Source of the DNA: Clostridia bacterium
GTDB lineage: Bacteria > CBDUZB01 > JAGLHV01
Direction of reading: 5' to 3'
Assembly: GCA_030637025.1 (NCBI GenBank)
Contig: DAOVVV010000017.1
Span: 1 to 53,131 of the forward strand
DNA length: 53,131 bases
The notes beneath the pieces were generated by a model. It did not search any database, was not told the DNA's origin, and saw only the letters and a list, made by a program, of their open reading frames with translations. The stretch's first letter is position 1. Every line of letters starts with the position of its first letter. The position numbers were made by a program, and so were the translations under genes. Positions 49,667 through 53,131 of this stretch are shown here, piece by piece.

Positions 49667-50578
49667 TTATTTATAAATTAAGTTAAAAAGTTTGTTGGCT
49701 AATTCCTTGTCTAATTCCTTCAATATTTTGTATTCCTTAAGCGATTCACCTCTTCTGCCTAAAACATAATAATCTCTTCCAAGATTATAATGCGCCAATG
49801 AAAAATTAGGATTTATCTTTATCGCCTCTTTATGCTCCTTAATCGCCTTATCATACAAACCTTTTCTGTAATAACTCATGCCAAGATTATTATGTGCAAG
49901 CGCATGCTCCGGATTAATCTTTATCGCTTTTTTATATTCCTCCATTGCTTTATCATATAGGCCTTTATTCCCATAAGCCACCCCAAGATTATAATATGCT
50001 TTTGCATAATTAGGATTTATCTTTATCGCCTCTTTAAATTCCCTTATCGCTTTATCCCACAATCCTTTATTCCCATAGGCCAATCCAAGAAAAAAATGCC
50101 CACCTGCATAATCAGGATTAATCCTTATCGCCTTTTTAAATTCCTCTATCGCAAATTCATATCTGTTTTGTTTTATATAAGCTCTTCCTTGTAAAATATA
50201 AGGATACGCATTTTTTTTATATTTATCTTTCCATTTTTTACATTCTTCTTCAATTTCAATAAATTTATTTTCGTTTAAAAGGGTTTTAAGTAGTTCATAT
50301 TTCTCTTTTTGAAATTTGTTTTCGGCTTCTGCCTGCCCAGAAAAAATAATTTCTTCTGTTTCATTTTCACCTTGTAGCGAAGAAACCTCTGTATATCCTT
50401 GATCAATAACTAATTCTATTTTTTTCTCCTCTTTTGATAATTTGACCCTTTTAGATTTTTTTATAAATTCACTTATAGGTTCTCTAAAAATAATTAAAAT
50501 AAATACACCAAGTACAAACACGCATATTGTCCATTGACACTTTTTTATTAAATCAATTAATAATTTTAAAATTTCCAT
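49667..50578 (-). CDS. Membrane-anchored TPR protein
   Basis: N-terminal TM, then 34-aa TPRs (AIKINPxxAxAxYNLG). Confidence 0.88.
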   Translation of the reverse strand: MEILKLLIDLIKKCQWTICVFVLGVFILIIFREPISEFIKKSKRVKLSKEEKKIELVIDQGYTEVSSLQGENETEEIIFSGQAEAENKFQKEKYELLKTLLNENKFIEIEEECKKWKDKYKKNAYPYILQGRAYIKQNRYEFAIEEFKKAIRINPDYAGGHFFLGLAYGNKGLWDKAIREFKEAIKINPNYAKAYYNLGVAYGNKGLYDKAMEEYKKAIKINPEHALAHNNLGMSYYRKGLYDKAIKEHKEAIKINPNFSLAHYNLGRDYYVLGRRGESLKEYKILKELDKELANKLFNLIYK

Positions 50579-50617
50579 TTTATAATTTTCTATCCTTTCA
50601 AGTTCTGAAACTTCTTT

Positions 50618-50857
50618 TTAATCATCGTCCTCATGGGTAATGTTAAACATTGCCCAGATGGGACGATGGTCGGATACGGCTAATTTTGCTTTTGTGTCGT
50701 CATTATTAAACATTGTTTCATCGAACATGTCAATACCGGAATTTTGGTTATATTCGGTTACATATTCATTTTGAAACCAGAAATTATCTAAAAGAAATTT
50801 TGTAATTTCTGAGGACTTTCTAATTCTTTTTTCTCCTTTCTCGACTATCTCCTTTTT
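50618..50857 (-). pseudogene. 3' fragment of an endonuclease/exonuclease/phosphatase (DNase I-like) gene
   Basis: Manual translation ...LDNFWF...SGIDMFDE...AVSDHRPIWAMF...DDD*; SDH-P catalytic motif, no start or N-terminal half. Confidence 0.72.
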
Positions 50858-50880
50858 TCAATATCGGATTTAGGGTAATT

Positions 50881-53130
50881 TTATTCAACCACCTCAATTA
50901 CAAACCCGGCACTGTGGGCAGTCATTTCCGGAGAATACATCGATTGCAGAGTCGCCGCACCCATACGGTAAATACCTGCTTTGGTCGGCCTTAATCTATA
51001 GCGTAAGATATATTCCCCGTGAGGAATCCAACTCATAAAAAAGTTAGTTAATGAATCCCGCGGCTCTTCATAAAACCATAGCGGGTCATATTTCCAGCCA
51101 CTCAATAAAGTCTCTGCCTCGAAACCGGCTGCCTTGGGATCTTTAAGATGCATATATTCAAACTGGCTGCGGGTATTAATTTTAAGTTGAACCTCTATCT
51201 GGTCACCTACCTGTACCTTTGCCCCTGATTTTATCGGTTTTAGATGATATTTCTTGCCTACTTTTACCCTGCGATAAAATTTACGCTTTAACTCCAGCAT
51301 ACCCGGAGTAGAAGCTTCCGGTATCCGGTCGGTGGAATAAATCCAGGTAAGACTGGCAAAAGCAAGCCCCGGGCCTTCTTTTTTTATGGTAGCTTTTTGT
51401 TTATCCGGAGTAATTTTAAATCCTTTTTCCTTCCAGCGTAAAGGTTTCTCCAGCCAATCGTCAGCTTTTACTACTACAGAATCAGTCATTTTCCCCCATT
51501 TTATCTGAAACAACTCATCAGCCGCTAAGGCTCCGCGCTGATTTAAGTAATCCAATAAAGCATAAACCGCAGCTACAGAAGCCTTGGTTGATTTCCAGAC
51601 AGTTCCTTTCCGATTAAATAAAAGCCATTGCACCATACCCGGAATGAGTTTATCTTTGGGGCGTATTTCCTGCAGTGTACGCAGAAAAAATGCATGCTTT
51701 TCTACCGTGTCGGAATACCAAACCCAGGAATATTTTTCCGGTGTCCAGTAAGCACCGGCTATGGGGTCTTCCCTTACCCCGTCCATAGCCATATCCAGAA
51801 TTTCCTCCGCTCTTTTTTTATTACCTAATCGCAGATAAGTATAGGAAAGATACGCTTTACCCAACGGCGTTAAAGCATGGATATGCCGTTCCAAAAAGAC
51901 CACCCATGATTTTGCTGCCTGATGGCCTGCTTTAGCAGCAGAAAATTTCTCCACAGGATAAGAAGTTACTACATAAGCAGCATAAGCCACTAAAGATAAA
52001 TACCTTTCCTCTGCTTTTAATTTCAAAGGAATTTCCTTGTTTACATAGCGTAAAGCTTTTTGAATCATATCCTTAGGTATTTTTACCCCATATCTCCTGG
52101 CCTGGGCAAGTCCGTCAAGAACATAAAGGGTCATATAAGCATCCTCTTTTCCTCCCGGCCACCAAGGAAAAGCACCGTTGGAAAGCTGTGCTGCTTTTAA
52201 TTTATTTAAATTCCTTTCTTTTTGCCTTTGCACAATTTTTGGATTAAGCAGGTCAATCGTAGGCCAACAAGGCGGCCGTCCCTCTGACTGCCATACCCAG
52301 GGTGTTTCCATTAAACTAAGCAATCTTTTAGGATCGTCTTTTTCCCATGCAGGAGTAATTGTTTTACGCCTGGGAATTTTACTCACCGCTTTTCTTAAGG
52401 CAGGATATTTTTTGTATATTTCATTAACGATGCTTAAAGGCACAAACTTATTTAATATCTGCTCTACACAATTATAAGGATACTGAAGAAGGAAAGGCAT
52501 TGTATTTAAGATGCTTAAAGCCAATTGCGGATCGACCTGCAGAACCATCGATTCATTAATTCTGATAGAATCGGGTTTAAGGGCGATTTCCAATTTTTTG
52601 GTTTCATTTCCTGACAAAGTAGTAATTGCCGATTCAATCAGCCTCTGCCGGGAAGGAAGTATGGGAAGTTCTCTCTCCTCGGCATCAGAGAATTTATCGG
52701 TCATTGCTACCACCCTTACTTTATAGGTAGTTATCCCCTCCGGTATTTCTACTGTCCAGTTAAAAGTAGCTAAACTATGGGGCTCTATTTCAAACGGTTT
52801 TCTATTATTTTTTAGTTTTACCTTTTGATGAATTAATTTATTGTTTTCACTAATTTCGATCACTAATTCACCCTGCATCATTTTTTCCGATTCATTATGC
52901 ACTATTGCCGAAACCGTTCCTTTATCCTTCTCCCGGAAGAAACGCGGTAAGTCAGCCCGCACCATCAAATCCTTTTTGGTAACCGCTTCCTGGGTTAAAA
53001 TTCCTTCTTTTACATCTTTAGTAAAAGCAAAGAGCTTTACCTTCCAACTGGTTAACTGCTCCGGCACGGTAAAAGTAAACTTTTTAGTTCCCTTGCTTGA
53101 GCTAATAATATGCGGTTTAAAGAAAGCAGT
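50881..53130 (-). CDS. Bacterial alpha-2-macroglobulin (partial, 5' end beyond the window)
   Basis: Frame is open to the window edge (TAFFKP...FTVPEQLTSW); thioester motif YPYNCVEQ; GAFPWWPGG; C-terminal QSMYSPE. Confidence 0.93.
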   Translation of the reverse strand, partial: TAFFKPHIISSSKGTKKFTFTVPEQLTSWKVKLFAFTKDVKEGILTQEAVTKKDLMVRADLPRFFREKDKGTVSAIVHNESEKMMQGELVIEISENNKLIHQKVKLKNNRKPFEIEPHSLATFNWTVEIPEGITTYKVRVVAMTDKFSDAEERELPILPSRQRLIESAITTLSGNETKKLEIALKPDSIRINESMVLQVDPQLALSILNTMPFLLQYPYNCVEQILNKFVPLSIVNEIYKKYPALRKAVSKIPRRKTITPAWEKDDPKRLLSLMETPWVWQSEGRPPCWPTIDLLNPKIVQRQKERNLNKLKAAQLSNGAFPWWPGGKEDAYMTLYVLDGLAQARRYGVKIPKDMIQKALRYVNKEIPLKLKAEERYLSLVAYAAYVVTSYPVEKFSAAKAGHQAAKSWVVFLERHIHALTPLGKAYLSYTYLRLGNKKRAEEILDMAMDGVREDPIAGAYWTPEKYSWVWYSDTVEKHAFFLRTLQEIRPKDKLIPGMVQWLLFNRKGTVWKSTKASVAAVYALLDYLNQRGALAADELFQIKWGKMTDSVVVKADDWLEKPLRWKEKGFKITPDKQKATIKKEGPGLAFASLTWIYSTDRIPEASTPGMLELKRKFYRRVKVGKKYHLKPIKSGAKVQVGDQIEVQLKINTRSQFEYMHLKDPKAAGFEAETLLSGWKYDPLWFYEEPRDSLTNFFMSWIPHGEYILRYRLRPTKAGIYRMGAATLQSMYSPEMTAHSAGFVIEVVE

Positions 53131-53131
53131 A

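Noticed and set aside
1429-52726. Numerous 60-150 aa ORFs antisense to or overlapping long genes and riboswitches (e.g. 2242, 18138, 29700, 36855)
   Set aside because: Shadow ORFs with no RBS or motif; the opposite strand holds a well-supported feature.
1-53131. tRNA, rRNA or tmRNA genes as an integration site for the variable region
   Set aside because: No cloverleaf or rRNA-like sequence recognised in any intergenic region.

Overview
AT-rich window from a diderm bacterium (outer-membrane, PorV-like and PEP-CTERM proteins; a poorly studied lineage such as Elusimicrobiota/PVC relatives is a guess only). Almost all genes lie on the minus strand. Left to right: (1) 1-11.4 kb, a glycan-related surface operon with three clan GH-A TIM-barrel hydrolases, a PorV-like barrel, an OmpA-domain protein and CBM-like lipoproteins; (2) an ArsB/NhaD permease, gyrA, archease and a PilZ protein; (3) 17-25.4 kb, a type IV minor-pilin locus with two PilV/PilW-like pairs and three PilX-like paralogs, each PilX-like gene behind its own c-di-GMP-I (GEMM) riboswitch (two predicted OFF, one predicted ON with the G20A change linked to 3',3'-cGAMP sensing); (4) dnaE and a CIRCE-controlled groES-groEL; (5) a PorV/CTD surface-protein operon behind a fourth GEMM aptamer that is split by 83 nt; (6) 37.3-41.3 kb, peroxiredoxin next to a solo integron attC site, an ATPase relic, YefM-YoeB and AbiE toxin-antitoxin systems; (7) 41.4-50.6 kb, a 3-4 times repeated scaffold (promoter + ~70-aa coiled-coil ORF, second promoter, cargo X, ~160-210 nt GA/GGA-rich fold-back element, third promoter, cargo Y) with different cargo genes in each unit; (8) the 3' part of an alpha-2-macroglobulin gene. 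The best novelty candidates are the repeated two-slot cargo scaffold and the riboswitch-switched set of pilus-tip paralogs. All calls are by eye; no searches were run.
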